The notes below the pieces were generated by a model. The model was not told where the DNA came from, ran no database searches, and worked only from the letters and a program-made list of their open reading frames with translations. A program made the translations under genes and the position numbers. A DNA stretch of 64,000 bases from Dehalococcoidia bacterium (lineage in GTDB: Bacteria; Chloroflexota; Dehalococcoidia; Plut-88900), in NCBI GenBank assembly GCA_965207225.1, contig CBDBLV010000005.1:1056001-1120000 (forward strand), given 5' to 3'. How positions within the stretch are numbered: position 1 is the stretch's first letter; each line of letters opens with the position of its first letter. This document shows, piece after piece, positions 28,660-39,253 of this stretch.

Positions 28660-29642
28660 CCACTCTCAATCCCAACTTGCTCATAGATGTCCGGGACCTT
28701 CAGATGCACTTCCCGGTCAGCAAAGGGGTGATCTTCCAGTCGAAGGTAGGGGATATCAAAGCGGTGGACGGGGTGTCGTTCCAGATAATGCGGGGAGAGA
28801 CGCTGGGGCTGGTAGGGGAGAGCGGGAGTGGCAAGACGACCCTGGGTCGTTGCATCCTCCAGCTTCTCCGGCCCTCTGGAGGGCAGGTGCGGTTCCGGGG
28901 CCAGGACCTGACGGAGTTGTCAGGCAAGGAGATGCGTTCCCTGCGAAGGGAGCTGCAGGTGATTTTTCAAGATCCATACGGATCGCTGAACCCGCGGATG
29001 ACTGTGGGGTCGATTGTCGAAGAGCCGTTGATCATCCACAAGCAGGGGAACAAGGAAGAGAGAAAGCGAAGGGTGGCCGAGCTATTTGAGGTGGTCGGGC
29101 TCAATCCCGGTATGATGGACCGCTACCCAAACGAGTTCAGCGGCGGGCAGAGGCAGAGGATTGGAATAGCTCGGGCGCTGGCCGTGAACCCGACCTTCAT
29201 AGTGTGCGACGAGCCGGTCTCGGCGCTGGATGTGTCAATACAGGCGCAGGTCATCAACTTGCTCGGCTCCCTGCAGGAGCGATTCGACCTGACCTACCTT
29301 TTCATTGCCCATGACCTGTCAGTGGTGAGGCACATCTCGGACAGGGTTGCGGTAATGTACCTGGGGAAGATAGTGGAGATCACGGGTCGGGATGAGCTGT
29401 ATCAGGACCCGAAACACCCCTACACGCGGGCCTTACTATCCGCCGTGCCCATCCCCGACCCAGTGGTAGAGGCTTCCCGGGAGCGCATCGTCCTGACCGG
29501 AGACGTTCCCAGCCCCATAGATCCTCCCAAGGGGTGCTCTTTCCACCCCCGCTGTCCGTTTGCGATGGACGCGTGTCGGGAGGTGACGCCTGTGCTCAAG
29601 GCGACTTCAGAGGGTCACTCGGTGGCTTGCCACCTTTACTAG
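28656..29642 (+). CDS. oppF: oligopeptide/dipeptide ABC transporter ATP-binding protein
   Basis: [40 protein letters not shown]. Confidence 0.92.
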   Translation: MTTLNPNLLIDVRDLQMHFPVSKGVIFQSKVGDIKAVDGVSFQIMRGETLGLVGESGSGKTTLGRCILQLLRPSGGQVRFRGQDLTELSGKEMRSLRRELQVIFQDPYGSLNPRMTVGSIVEEPLIIHKQGNKEERKRRVAELFEVVGLNPGMMDRYPNEFSGGQRQRIGIARALAVNPTFIVCDEPVSALDVSIQAQVINLLGSLQERFDLTYLFIAHDLSVVRHISDRVAVMYLGKIVEITGRDELYQDPKHPYTRALLSAVPIPDPVVEASRERIVLTGDVPSPIDPPKGCSFHPRCPFAMDACREVTPVLKATSEGHSVACHLY

Positions 29643-29652
29643 CACCCCACCT

Positions 29653-30727
29653 CTACAGCTGCAAGTTGTAGATCCCTATGGCGTTCTCCCCCGCCACCTT
29701 CTTCTGGTCTTCCTCGGGTAACACCGACAAGGTCTTCTTGAGGTTAACGACAGGGTCGACTGGTGAGTCTGAGTGGGGGTAGTCGTAGGCCCACATTACC
29801 TTGTCGGCGCCTAGGAGGCCGATGGTCATGGCACCGATTTCGTCGTCGGGGTCCATGTCTATCCACGCCTGACGCTGGAAGTAAAAGCTGGGCTTCTCCT
29901 TCATCGGCGTAGTGAATCCCAGCACCTCGAACCTTTCATCCATCCTGTTTAACATCCAGGGCATCCAGCCGCACCCCGACTCCAGCACCAATACTTTCAT
30001 TTCCGGGAAGCGGTCGAAAGCTGACTCCTGAAAGAAGCTCGTGAATCCCAGGATGACGTCCAGTCCGTTGGTAGAAAAAGTCCACCAGCTGGGCATAGCG
30101 AACTCCGGATACAGAATTCCCGAGACGCCCGTTCCCCCGGAGGCCGGATGCAGGCTCAGAGGGACGCCCTGCTCCTGGAACTCAGCCCAAAGAGGGTGCC
30201 AGTATGTCTTTCCGTATGCAATGTCCTTCGGCGGCGAAGACGGCACCATCACGGCACGAGGGCCCCAGCCCGACGTTCTCTTGAGCTCCTTGACCGACTC
30301 TCCAACGTCGGTCCAAGGGAGCAGTACGCTGGGGTACAGCCTTCCGGGCTGGGCGCTGCAGAAGTCCATAATCCAGTCGTTGTAGACGCGGCAGTAGGCC
30401 GCGGAAAGGCCAGGATCCTTCGTGGTTGCCATCCATGAAAGACCCAGGGACGGGAACAGGAAGGACACGTCGATCCCTTCTTTGTCCATCAGCTTGACCC
30501 GTTCGGCAGGGTCACAGGCCCCGGGGGCCATGGCCCGGCCTTCGTCATAGCTCACATCGTGCTTTTCGAAGATGTGCTCCTTGCGCCACTCGGCGCTTTT
30601 GCCGATGGTGGCGAGGTTAGCGGACGTGGACTTCACCAGCTTGCCGTGCACCTGCCCGTCAATGACCCAGTAGTCCAGACCCTCGTCATCCTTCTTGAAC
30701 TGCATGGCGCGGTCCCGGTACTGGGGC
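29653..30727 (-). pseudogene. amidohydrolase_2 family gene, 3' part (interrupted by IS1380)
   Basis: FDRFPEMKVLVLESG, DYPHSD; joins in frame to 32616..32685 after IS removal (379 aa). Confidence 0.9.
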
Positions 30728-32615
30728 CCCAAATCCACCGCCTAATTGAATGAGAATACCTCGTTGGAGTCGGCTGCAAAGCTGACTAAGATGGTAAGTG
30801 ACAATCCCAAACCATCACCAACGAGGTGCAGTTATTATGCAACATGGAGTCCTACCGTTCCAGTACAGGGCAGAGAACCGCATCGGGGGCATGACGGCGC
30901 TATCGGGGTTGGCAGTCTACCTGGAGATGGCCGAGGCAATCGGCCTTGGCGAGTCGATCAGACGCCACGTGAGGGTCAGAGAGGGAGGCCAGGGTTGGAC
31001 GGACCGTCAGATGGTCACCTCACTGACGCTGTTGAACCTGGCGGGCGGCGAAGGGGTGGACGACCTTCGCGTGCTGGAGGCGGACGAGGGCCTTGGCCGG
31101 ATGTTGGGAAGGGTGGAGACCCACCGGCAGCGAGCTTCGGAGCGCAGGGCGGTGCGCAACCGGTGGCGGCGTGACCGACACCGCTATGTGCCGTCTCCAT
31201 CGGCGGTGTTCCGGTATCTGAGCCAGTTCCACGACGCATCCCAGGAGGAGGCGAGGCAGCCTCATACGGCGTTCATACCCCAGGCCAACGACGCGCTGGA
31301 CGGACTTGGGAAGGTCAACGCCGAGATGGTGGGCTTTGTCCAGGGCCACGTCGGGCATAGGCAGGCGACACTGGATATGGACGCGACGCTGGTCGAGACT
31401 CACAAGCAGGAGGCGCTCTACTGCTACAAGGGATTCAAAGCCTATCAGCCGCTAACGACATACTGGGCCGAGGCGGACCTGGTCGTCCACTCGGAGTTCA
31501 GAGACGGCAACGTTCCTGCGGGATTTGAGCAGCTACGAGTGTTGCGAGACGCGTTGGAGTGCGTACCCGAGGGAGTGGAGCGGGTGATGCTGCGGTCCGA
31601 CACGGCAGGCTACCAGAACGATCTTCTGGAGTACTGCGCCGAGGGGAGAGACGAACGGTTCGGAGTGATCGAGTTCGCGATTGGGGTACGCGTCACGGAC
31701 GAGTTCAAGCATGAGGCGGCGCTGGTGGAAGAGAGCGAGTGGCGTCAGTTGCCCCGGATGATGGGGGAGTTCGAGGTGGAGACGGGGCAGGAGTGGGCCG
31801 AGGTGGGCTTCATGTCCAGTCGATTAGGTCGCTACAAGGAGGGTCCCGCCTACCGTTTCATAGCCGTCAGAGAACCTCTGAGGCGACCGCCGCTACCGGG
31901 CATGGAGAGTGAGTTTGAGCTGTCGGTTCCGGTCATGCAGATGCCGAACCACGGCTGGTACAAGATCAGCGGGATAGTGACGAACCGGGAGCTTCCGGGA
32001 GACGAGGTTGTGCGGTGGTACCGTGAGAGATGCGGGAAAGGCGAGGAGGTCCATAGTGTGCTGAAGGAGGACCTGGCGGGCGGGAGACTGCCGTCGGGAC
32101 AGTTCGGAGCCAACGCAGCGTGGTGGGCGATAACGGTGCTGGCGTTCAACCTGAACTCGGCGGTCAAGCAGTTGGCGCTGGGTGATGAGTGGGTGACCAA
32201 GCGGCTCAAGGCGGTGCGCTTCGCTCTGATCGACCTTGCCGGTCGAGTGGTCTACCATGCCAGGAAGCTGCTGATCCGACTGGCGCGAGGTCATCCATCG
32301 TTCCCGCTGCTGGTCGGGGCACACCGGAGAATAGCGGCGCTGGCTCACGGCCCTCCCTGAATCTGAGACGGTCCGCGCCACAGCCTATCGGTCAAGCGAC
32401 GTGGATAACCGTCGTAGGGACGCTGCGTCCTCCTACGAGGCCAAACGGCTCAAAATCGACGCAAAACATCGTAAAGCAGCACCCCAAGACCCTCATACGT
32501 CCACCATCGGCCCCGCCAAACCACTGCTAACCCTGTCAGTAGCCAATCGACGCCCCCACCGGCCCAACCGAAAGGTCAGAAAATCAGATTCCTACCTTTA
32601 GGCGGTGGATTTGGG
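30728..32615 (+). mobile_element. IS1380-family insertion sequence, complete (1888 bp)
   Basis: Perfect 18-bp terminal IR CCCAAATCCACCGCCTAA / TTAGGCGGTGGATTTGGG; 5-bp TSD GGGGC at 30723-30727 and 32616-32620. Confidence 0.92.
30837..32360 (+). CDS. IS1380 family DDE transposase
   Basis: TLDMDAT, YQPL, EFRDGN, LRSDTAGY, YRERCGKGEEVHSVLK, FGANAAW, AFNL. Confidence 0.9.
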   Translation: MQHGVLPFQYRAENRIGGMTALSGLAVYLEMAEAIGLGESIRRHVRVREGGQGWTDRQMVTSLTLLNLAGGEGVDDLRVLEADEGLGRMLGRVETHRQRASERRAVRNRWRRDRHRYVPSPSAVFRYLSQFHDASQEEARQPHTAFIPQANDALDGLGKVNAEMVGFVQGHVGHRQATLDMDATLVETHKQEALYCYKGFKAYQPLTTYWAEADLVVHSEFRDGNVPAGFEQLRVLRDALECVPEGVERVMLRSDTAGYQNDLLEYCAEGRDERFGVIEFAIGVRVTDEFKHEAALVEESEWRQLPRMMGEFEVETGQEWAEVGFMSSRLGRYKEGPAYRFIAVREPLRRPPLPGMESEFELSVPVMQMPNHGWYKISGIVTNRELPGDEVVRWYRERCGKGEEVHSVLKEDLAGGRLPSGQFGANAAWWAITVLAFNLNSAVKQLALGDEWVTKRLKAVRFALIDLAGRVVYHARKLLIRLARGHPSFPLLVGAHRRIAALAHGPP

Positions 32616-32685
32616 GGGGCTCCAGGTTCTCGACCCACAGGTCTGGGGGTTCGAGGATGTGGCCGTCTATGTCCACGAACTTCAT
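32616..32685 (-). pseudogene. amidohydrolase_2 family gene, 5' part (interrupted by IS1380)
   Basis: AAGGAGG RBS; MKFVDIDGHILEPPDLWVENLEP matches the N-termini of paralogues at 60500-62837. Confidence 0.9.
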
Positions 32686-32786
32686 TGTTGAGCCTCCTTG
32701 CGGCAGGTGCGTTGTCGGGGCGCGGTGGACATTATATCCCCGCCTACGGAAAGGAGATTAGCGGAAGGCTGGGAATGGTAGGAGGC

Positions 32787-32862
32787 TGGTGCCCCTGGGG
32801 TGACTCGAACACCCGACACGCGGTTTAGGAAACCGCTGCTCTATCCTCTGAGCTACAGGGGC
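32787..32862 (-). tRNA. tRNA-Arg(CCT)
   Basis: GCCCCTG acceptor, GCGGT-TTCCTAA-ACCGC anticodon arm, TTCGAGT T loop, encoded CCA. Confidence 0.96.
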
Positions 32863-32943
32863 CCGGAGGGGATTATAAATCCAAATGGCCGGTCTTGCGG
32901 CCCCAACGCTGATGTGGCCGCCACCTTGACAGCGGTCTCTCCC

Positions 32944-33690
32944 CTAGTTCATCAAAGGCGCGACGCTGAATATGACGGAGAAGGGTTTGCAGTAGATTAT
33001 CACGCTCATCTGGGCGTCCACGTTGACGTCGGCGGGAATTTCGTAGTTCTGGTTACCGATGTTCCCTTTCAGCCTGCCCAAATCGTGGTAGCCGTTGTCC
33101 TTGATCTCGCTGACCTCCATAGGGTCTTCGTGGACAGCGAGGAGGACGTGGAGTCGGGGGCCATTAGTCACGTCCAGGTTTTCCAGCCTGAGCAGGTGAG
33201 ACCCGTCCGGGCCACGGTAGATGCTGGCCTGGCCACTGCCCCTATGGAAGCTGTCGGCGTCCCGGAAGTTGCCTTCCTTCAGCTTGACGGCCTCGCCGGT
33301 CTCCTCTTCGTCCATCATCGTCTCGGGCATGGCCTCCATCATGGGTTCGTCATCCATGGCCGCCACGACGGCCATGGTCATCTCGATGTCTTCCATCTCC
33401 ATGCCCTCGGGCACTACGGCCGTGTAGGCGAAGGGGAACTCTTCTTCGACCGTCTCGTCGATGAACAGGGGGGAGCCGAGGCCCCAGGCGAGGAACCCGA
33501 AGACTATCAGGAAGGGCGTGGCGATGATTGCGGTGAGCTTTCTGCGTCTCCACAGCGCCAAATGGACCTCGCGTCTGTAGGCGTAGTAGGTAGCCGCTGC
33601 GCCTAATACCAGGATTGCTGCCAGGATCGGCCAGCGCCACGGATACAAGTCGGCTGCGATTCTTTCGAGGGTCCCAAAAAATTCCGCCAT
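32944..33690 (-). CDS. DM13 domain membrane protein
   Basis: Two N-terminal TM helices; HRGSGQA, LRLENL, NGPRLHVLL, LGRLKGNIGNQNYEIP, IYCKPFSVIF. Confidence 0.9.
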   Translation of the reverse strand: MAEFFGTLERIAADLYPWRWPILAAILVLGAAATYYAYRREVHLALWRRRKLTAIIATPFLIVFGFLAWGLGSPLFIDETVEEEFPFAYTAVVPEGMEMEDIEMTMAVVAAMDDEPMMEAMPETMMDEEETGEAVKLKEGNFRDADSFHRGSGQASIYRGPDGSHLLRLENLDVTNGPRLHVLLAVHEDPMEVSEIKDNGYHDLGRLKGNIGNQNYEIPADVNVDAQMSVIIYCKPFSVIFSVAPLMN

Positions 33691-33783
33691 GTCACCATTC
33701 CTCCCTTATGCTCATGGGCCCCGGGCCAAGGCAAGCGAGTCCCCGGTCCTAGATATTTGACGGGACTGAGTTTGTTTGAGGCT

Positions 33784-34470
33784 TTACCGGATGGCTCCCC
33801 AGGAGTTCCAGTAGATCATCTGGCGGGCCGGGAGCCGCTTGGCAGGCCGGAACCCCTCGCCGGTATAGTAGGCCACGGGTAGAAGGACGGCCTGGGTCAC
33901 GTTGTTCGGGATGCCCAGGAGGTCGGCCACTTCTTTTTCGTTGGGAAGGTGGAGGGTGGTCCATGCGGCTCCCAGGCCTCTGGCCCTCAGTGCGAGCATC
34001 AGGGACCAGGCCGCCGGCAGTATGGAGCCATACATGCTGGCCTGCGCGGTTACGCCTTCGTTCTCCACGCGGCCATCGCAGCAGGCGATGACCAGGGCAG
34101 GGGCGCGGTGCATGTTCTCAGCGAGGTACGTAGCGGAGTCCCGGATAAGGGGCGCGCGTTGGGCTCTCGGGTCGTCGGGGGCGTAAGCCGGCGGGTCCTC
34201 GTCCCTCATTTCGCGGTAGGGGAAGTAACCCCTCTTGTAGCAGTCACCGACCACCCTTTTTTTCTCAGGATCGGTGACGACCATGAAGTGCCAGTGCTGC
34301 TGGTTGGAACCCGTGGGCGCCTGCATGGCAATCTCGATACATTTTTCGAGGACATCCGGTTCAACTTCCCTGTCGAAATCCAGTCTCTTCCTTACCGTCC
34401 TGGTCGTAGTAAGCAATCGGTCCGCTGCCGCAACGTCTATGTCCAACGCTTTGCCTCCGGTTACTGTCAC
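33784..34470 (-). CDS. nitroreductase family protein
   Basis: LLTTTRTVRKRLD, QAPTGSNQQHWHF, LALRARGLGAAWTT. Confidence 0.92.
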   Translation of the reverse strand: MTVTGGKALDIDVAAADRLLTTTRTVRKRLDFDREVEPDVLEKCIEIAMQAPTGSNQQHWHFMVVTDPEKKRVVGDCYKRGYFPYREMRDEDPPAYAPDDPRAQRAPLIRDSATYLAENMHRAPALVIACCDGRVENEGVTAQASMYGSILPAAWSLMLALRARGLGAAWTTLHLPNEKEVADLLGIPNNVTQAVLLPVAYYTGEGFRPAKRLPARQMIYWNSWGAIR

Positions 34471-34568
34471 AGCTTGATTTGGGCGCGTGCCCTAAACCTA
34501 GTATAACTCGCTGCTCTGATATAATCGGGCAGTCCCCGAAGGCGGCCGTATCGTAAAGGAGGCTCACC

Positions 34569-35819
34569 TTGGCTCCCCAGGCAAAAATGCTTCACCAGAA
34601 AGACCTTGTCGGCACCCAGGTTGTGGACTTTGAGGCCAGAGTGGACGTGGGCCGGCTGCGCCAGGACCGGCTGCACAGGCTCCAGACCGAAATGGCTGCC
34701 GCAGATATCGAGGCCGTACTGCTATTCGATCCGGTGAATATACGGTATGCAATCGGGACCCGGATGAACGAGACCTTCGCCCTCAGGTTCAAGGGCACCC
34801 ACGCCCTCATCCCCCAGGAGGGCCGACCCGTATTCTTCGACTCCAATGAGGTCCAAGCACAAACGCTTGCTGATAGTAGCGAGGTGGTGCCTGCAGAAAT
34901 GGTCGAGTTCTGGCTTTTGGGGGACTACACGAGGGACAGAACCGCCCGGTGGGCGCAGTTGCTGAAAGACACGCTCACGTCTCTGGGCATCTCCTCCAAC
35001 CGGCTGGGAATCGACAGGCTGGACGCTTTCACCATCAATGCGCTTTTGGACAAGGGTTTTGCGCTGGTTGACGCGCTGGAGCCGCTGTCTCGGGCGCGGG
35101 CTATCAAGACCCCGGATGAGATCACCTTGATCCGTCAGGCATGTGCGATCGGCGACGTGGGCCTGGCGAAGGTCCAGGAGGCCATCAGGCCCGGCATCAC
35201 CGAGAACGATCTGTTCGCAGTTCTCCAGGGCTACAACCTGTCCAAGGGAGGGGAGCGGATAGATGGCAAGCTGCTTACCGCAGGGGGCAACACCAATCCG
35301 TGGATCAAGAGGGATGCCTCGGACCGGCTGGTTTTGCCGGGCAACCTGGTCGCAATAGACACGGATATGGCCGGGCCCATGGGCTACTTCGCAGATATCT
35401 CCAGGACGTACCTGTGCGGAGATGGAAACCCCAACGAAGAGCAGATGGACGCGTACAAGAGGGCCTACGACTACATCTATTCCACCATTCCCTATTTCGT
35501 TCCGGGGGCTTCATTCGTAGAGGTTGCGGAGAAGGCACCGACCATGCCGCCGGAGTACAACCGGAACCGCTATCCCCTGATGGCCCACGGAGCGGGTATG
35601 TCGGACGAATGGCCGGCGATCTACTTCAAGGACCCACGTCCCGACGAACCACGAAACTATGACGGCGAGATCAAGGAGAACATGGTCATTTGCATGGAGG
35701 CCAGCTTCGGGAGGGAGAGCGGCTCCGAACAGGTGAAGCTGGAGGAACAGCTCTTGATCAAGGCGGACGGCCCGGAGATCATCTCCCAGGCGCCCTTCGA
35801 CTGGCGTTTCATGAACTAA
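34569..35819 (+). CDS. M24 family metallopeptidase-fold protein, DddP-like
   Basis: DPVNIRYA, RAIKT, TNPW, DTD...GY.ADISRT, HG.G..DEWP, VKLEEQ; TTG start with AAGGAGG RBS. Confidence 0.85.
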   Translation: MAPQAKMLHQKDLVGTQVVDFEARVDVGRLRQDRLHRLQTEMAAADIEAVLLFDPVNIRYAIGTRMNETFALRFKGTHALIPQEGRPVFFDSNEVQAQTLADSSEVVPAEMVEFWLLGDYTRDRTARWAQLLKDTLTSLGISSNRLGIDRLDAFTINALLDKGFALVDALEPLSRARAIKTPDEITLIRQACAIGDVGLAKVQEAIRPGITENDLFAVLQGYNLSKGGERIDGKLLTAGGNTNPWIKRDASDRLVLPGNLVAIDTDMAGPMGYFADISRTYLCGDGNPNEEQMDAYKRAYDYIYSTIPYFVPGASFVEVAEKAPTMPPEYNRNRYPLMAHGAGMSDEWPAIYFKDPRPDEPRNYDGEIKENMVICMEASFGRESGSEQVKLEEQLLIKADGPEIISQAPFDWRFMN

Positions 35820-35857
35820 GCAGCAGAGGTCCCGCTTCCCGATCCCGGAGGTTGAAC

Positions 35858-37111
35858 ATGGCGCCCAAGCAGTTTCACGAAAAGGACGTTACGGGTCGGC
35901 AGGTCGTCGATTTTGAGGAGAGAATCGACGTCAAGCGAATGCGCCGGGACCGCATCGCCCGGCTGCAGGCCGAAATAGCCAAGGCAGACCTCGGTGCAAT
36001 CCTGCTGTGGGACCCGGTCAATATGCGCTATGCCACAGGGACACGGCTGATGGAGAGCTTCATGCTCCGCCACAAGAACAAGTCGGTGCTCGTGCCCCGG
36101 GAGGGCAAGCCCATCATATTCCAGCCCAGCCGCCTGGATTCGGCCGTGGTTGATGATGAGATCGAGCTGCGCTGGATAAACACCTTCGAGTTCTGGCAGT
36201 TGGGCACCTACACGCCGGAAGCCACCAGGAGATGGGCTGCGGAATTCAAGACCGTGCTCGAAGAGCTGGGGATCGCGGGGGAGAAGCTGGGGATAGACCG
36301 CATGGACCCCGACAGTGTCCTTGCTCTCACGGAACTGGGGATCCGGGTGGAGGGGGCGCTTGCGCCGGTGGGCTGGGCGAGGGCGATCAAGACTCCCGAC
36401 GAAATAGCCGCCATACGCCAGGCCTGCGCCATTGCAGACGTGGCGGTGTCGAGGGTCAGGGACGCCATAGAGCCAGGTGTCACCGAGAACAAACTGTACT
36501 CCATCATGTCGGGGACCAACCTGGAATACGGGGGAGAGCGGATAGACGGCAAGCTGCTGGCCTCGGGAGGGAATACGAACCCCTGGCTGCACAGGGAGGC
36601 AACGGAAAGGGTGGTGCTTCCCGGCAATCTGGTGGCAATGGACACGGACATGGCCGGGCCACTAGGCTATTTCGCCGACATCTCCCGCACCTACCTATGC
36701 GGCGACGTGCAGCCCAACGAAGAGCAGCTTGACGCCTACAAGCGCGCCTATGAGTTTGTTCAGACGGGAATCCCCAAGTTCGTACCGGGCGCTGCATTCA
36801 AGGACATCGCCAACTCGATGCCCGAAGTGCCGGACGAGTACAAGCGCAACCGCTACGTGGTGTTGGCCCACGGGGCGGGGATGTCCGACGAATGGCCGGC
36901 CCTGTATTTCCCAGACATGGACGACACCGGATTCGGCAATGACGTGGGTGAGGTGCAGGAGAACATGGTGATCTGCATGGAGGCTAGCTTCGGTCGGGAG
37001 AACGGGACGGAACAGGTGAAGCTGGAAGAGCAGCTGCTCATCACCAAGGACGGGCCGCAGGTCATGTCCCAGGCCCCCTACGACTGGCGCCTGGTCCCCA
37101 CCGAGGTCTAA
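35858..37111 (+). CDS. M24 family metallopeptidase-fold protein, DddP-like (tandem paralogue)
   Basis: Same motifs as the upstream gene; ATG 35858 with GGAGG RBS. Confidence 0.85.
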   Translation: MAPKQFHEKDVTGRQVVDFEERIDVKRMRRDRIARLQAEIAKADLGAILLWDPVNMRYATGTRLMESFMLRHKNKSVLVPREGKPIIFQPSRLDSAVVDDEIELRWINTFEFWQLGTYTPEATRRWAAEFKTVLEELGIAGEKLGIDRMDPDSVLALTELGIRVEGALAPVGWARAIKTPDEIAAIRQACAIADVAVSRVRDAIEPGVTENKLYSIMSGTNLEYGGERIDGKLLASGGNTNPWLHREATERVVLPGNLVAMDTDMAGPLGYFADISRTYLCGDVQPNEEQLDAYKRAYEFVQTGIPKFVPGAAFKDIANSMPEVPDEYKRNRYVVLAHGAGMSDEWPALYFPDMDDTGFGNDVGEVQENMVICMEASFGRENGTEQVKLEEQLLITKDGPQVMSQAPYDWRLVPTEV

Positions 37112-37136
37112 CTCCCACCACCCCCAGTTACCCACC

Positions 37137-38096
37137 ATGACTAGACCCACCCTCCAGGATATCTACCGCGCACGCGACCTGCTCTCCAAGTACATGTCCC
37201 CGACTCCCCTGCACCACTACCCGGGCCTTGACGCGATACTGGGCTGTGAGACATACGTGAAGCATGAGAACCACACGAGGCTCGGGGCATTCAAGATCAG
37301 GGGATCGCTGAATATCATGTCGCTGCTCTCCCCGGAACAGAAGGAGCGGGGGGTGGTGCTTGCTTCTTCGGGGAACTTTGGCCAGGGGATGGCGTATGCG
37401 GGGCAGATATTCGGGGCCAGAGTGATAGTAGTGCTGCCGGAGAACCCCAATCCGTCGAAGATGGAGGCGATAAAGGCCTTTGGGGCGGAAGTGGTGCTGA
37501 GCGACACGGTGTATGACTCGGACCCCGCGGCCATCCGGGAGATCGTGGATGGGCGAGGCTGCCAGTACGTGAGCGACTCCACCGACGCCCGGTTCATGGC
37601 CGGCAGCGGCACCATAATGCTGGAGATCCTCGACCAGCTTCCGGACGTGGACGTGGTAATCTTTCCGGTCGGGGGTGGGGGGTTGGCGTCGGCTGTGTCC
37701 ATCGCGGCGAAGGGTCTCAAGCCGGACACCGAGGTCATCGGTGTGTGCAGCGCCCAGGCCGCTTCGCCCTACCTGTCATGGAAGAAGGGCGAACTGGTCG
37801 ACTCCACCATGACGACCTTCGCAGAGGGTATCGGGGTCAAGGTGACCGAGGAGATCCCGTTCCGGATCATGAGCGAACTGATGGACGATTTCGTAGCGGT
37901 TGAAGATGACGAGATACGCAGGGCTATAGTCCTTATGCTGGAAAAGACCCATAACCTGGCTGAGGGCGCGGGCGCCGTGCCCCTTGCAGCAGCGCTAAAG
38001 CTGAGGGACCGTCTAAAAGGGAATAAGGTCGTGCTTATTCAGTCGGGAGGCAATGCGTCATTAGAGGAACTGAAGACATCGCTTGGTGCTACTTAA
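37137..38096 (+). CDS. PLP-dependent threonine/serine dehydratase (or serine racemase) family, no ACT domain
   Basis: YVKHEN...GAFKIRG, SSGN, PVGGGGL, AEG, EGAGA, SGGN. Confidence 0.9.
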   Translation: MTRPTLQDIYRARDLLSKYMSPTPLHHYPGLDAILGCETYVKHENHTRLGAFKIRGSLNIMSLLSPEQKERGVVLASSGNFGQGMAYAGQIFGARVIVVLPENPNPSKMEAIKAFGAEVVLSDTVYDSDPAAIREIVDGRGCQYVSDSTDARFMAGSGTIMLEILDQLPDVDVVIFPVGGGGLASAVSIAAKGLKPDTEVIGVCSAQAASPYLSWKKGELVDSTMTTFAEGIGVKVTEEIPFRIMSELMDDFVAVEDDEIRRAIVLMLEKTHNLAEGAGAVPLAAALKLRDRLKGNKVVLIQSGGNASLEELKTSLGAT

Positions 38097-39056
38097 TGAA
38101 ATACTCCACCGATATCCAGGCAATCACTAAGGCTCACGGGTTGCTGAAGAGGTATATGAGCCCGACGCCTCTGCACCACTACCCGGGGCTGGATGCTCTG
38201 CTGGGGTCAGAGACCTACGTCAAGCATGAGAACCACACGGCTATCGGGTCGTTCAAGATCAGGGGCGGCCTGAATGCCATAGCGAACCTGAGCCCCGAGC
38301 AGCTTAAGAAGGGCGTGGCCGTCGCATCCACGGGAAACTTCGGACAGTCGGTGGCGTATGCCAGCCAGCTATTCGGGTGCCATGCAACGATTGCCCTGCC
38401 TTCGAATCCGAACCCAGGCAAGGCGGAGGCGATCCGAAACTTCGGGGCGGAGCTAATGACCTATGGGGCAGACTACGATGAGGCCCGGGACCACCTGCAG
38501 ACCATAGCCGAGGAGAAGGGTTACCGGCTGTTCAATGATGCCGAGGACCATGACTTTGTGTCGGGGCTGGGGACGTGCATGGTGGAGATCCTGGAAGACC
38601 TTCCGGATGCCGAGGTGGTGATAGTGCCCATAGGCGGGGGCAGGCTTCGCGTCCAGCCTTTGCATAGCGGGCAAGGCTATCAAGCCCGAGCTGGAGATCA
38701 TCGGCGTATCCTCGGAAGCTTCCTTGTCACCGTATCTGTCATGGAAGGAAGGGCGTCTTGTCGAATCTCCAACTACCACCTTTGCGGAGGGGATCTCCGT
38801 GCGGGTGTCATTTGAGGGGTCTCAGGCCGTGATAAGGGACCTGCTGGACGACTACATACTGGTCTCGGAGGACGACATACGCCGGGCGGTGGTGCAGATG
38901 CTGGAGAAGACACACAACCTGGCGGAGGGTGCGGGGGCTGCGCCTTTAGCGGCGGCGCAGGCTTTGAGGGAAAGGATAAAGGGTCGGAAGACGGTGCTGA
39001 TACTTAGCGGGGGCAACCTCTCGCTTACGCATTTGAGGGAGTGTTTGGCGCTGTAA
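38096..39056 (+). pseudogene. second threonine/serine dehydratase paralogue with single-base frameshift near 38642
   Basis: Removing one base in ATAGGCGGGGGCAGGCTTC restores IGGGGFASSLCIAGKAIKP and joins ORFs 38096..38815 and 38724..39056. Confidence 0.8.
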
Positions 39057-39137
39057 GCCGTTTGCCCATCCCTTTAGGATGCCTCCGTGCGATCTGGGAC
39101 TGCCTATACAGCATCGACCTGAAGGCGCGACGCCCCT

Positions 39138-39170
39138 CCGCTCATACTTCGAGGGCCTCAGCACGAGCGG
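39138..39170. repeat. REP-like hairpin repeat family A, copy 1
   Basis: CCGCTCATACTTCGAGGGCCTCAGCACGAGCGG. Confidence 0.85.
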
Positions 39171-39253
39171 CCCCACTCCCCTCGGGCGCTGCCTGAGGGA
39201 CGACAACTGGATGAGCGAGAGGATTGAGGTCCGCCCACTGATATAATTCGGTC

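Noticed and set aside
27664-29642. Orphan oppD/oppF pair as an unusual system
   Set aside because: Separated ABC components are common; permeases are probably encoded elsewhere
29653-30738. 361-aa intact amidohydrolase
   Set aside because: Its GTG start lies in the IS1380 inverted repeat; the true start is at 32685
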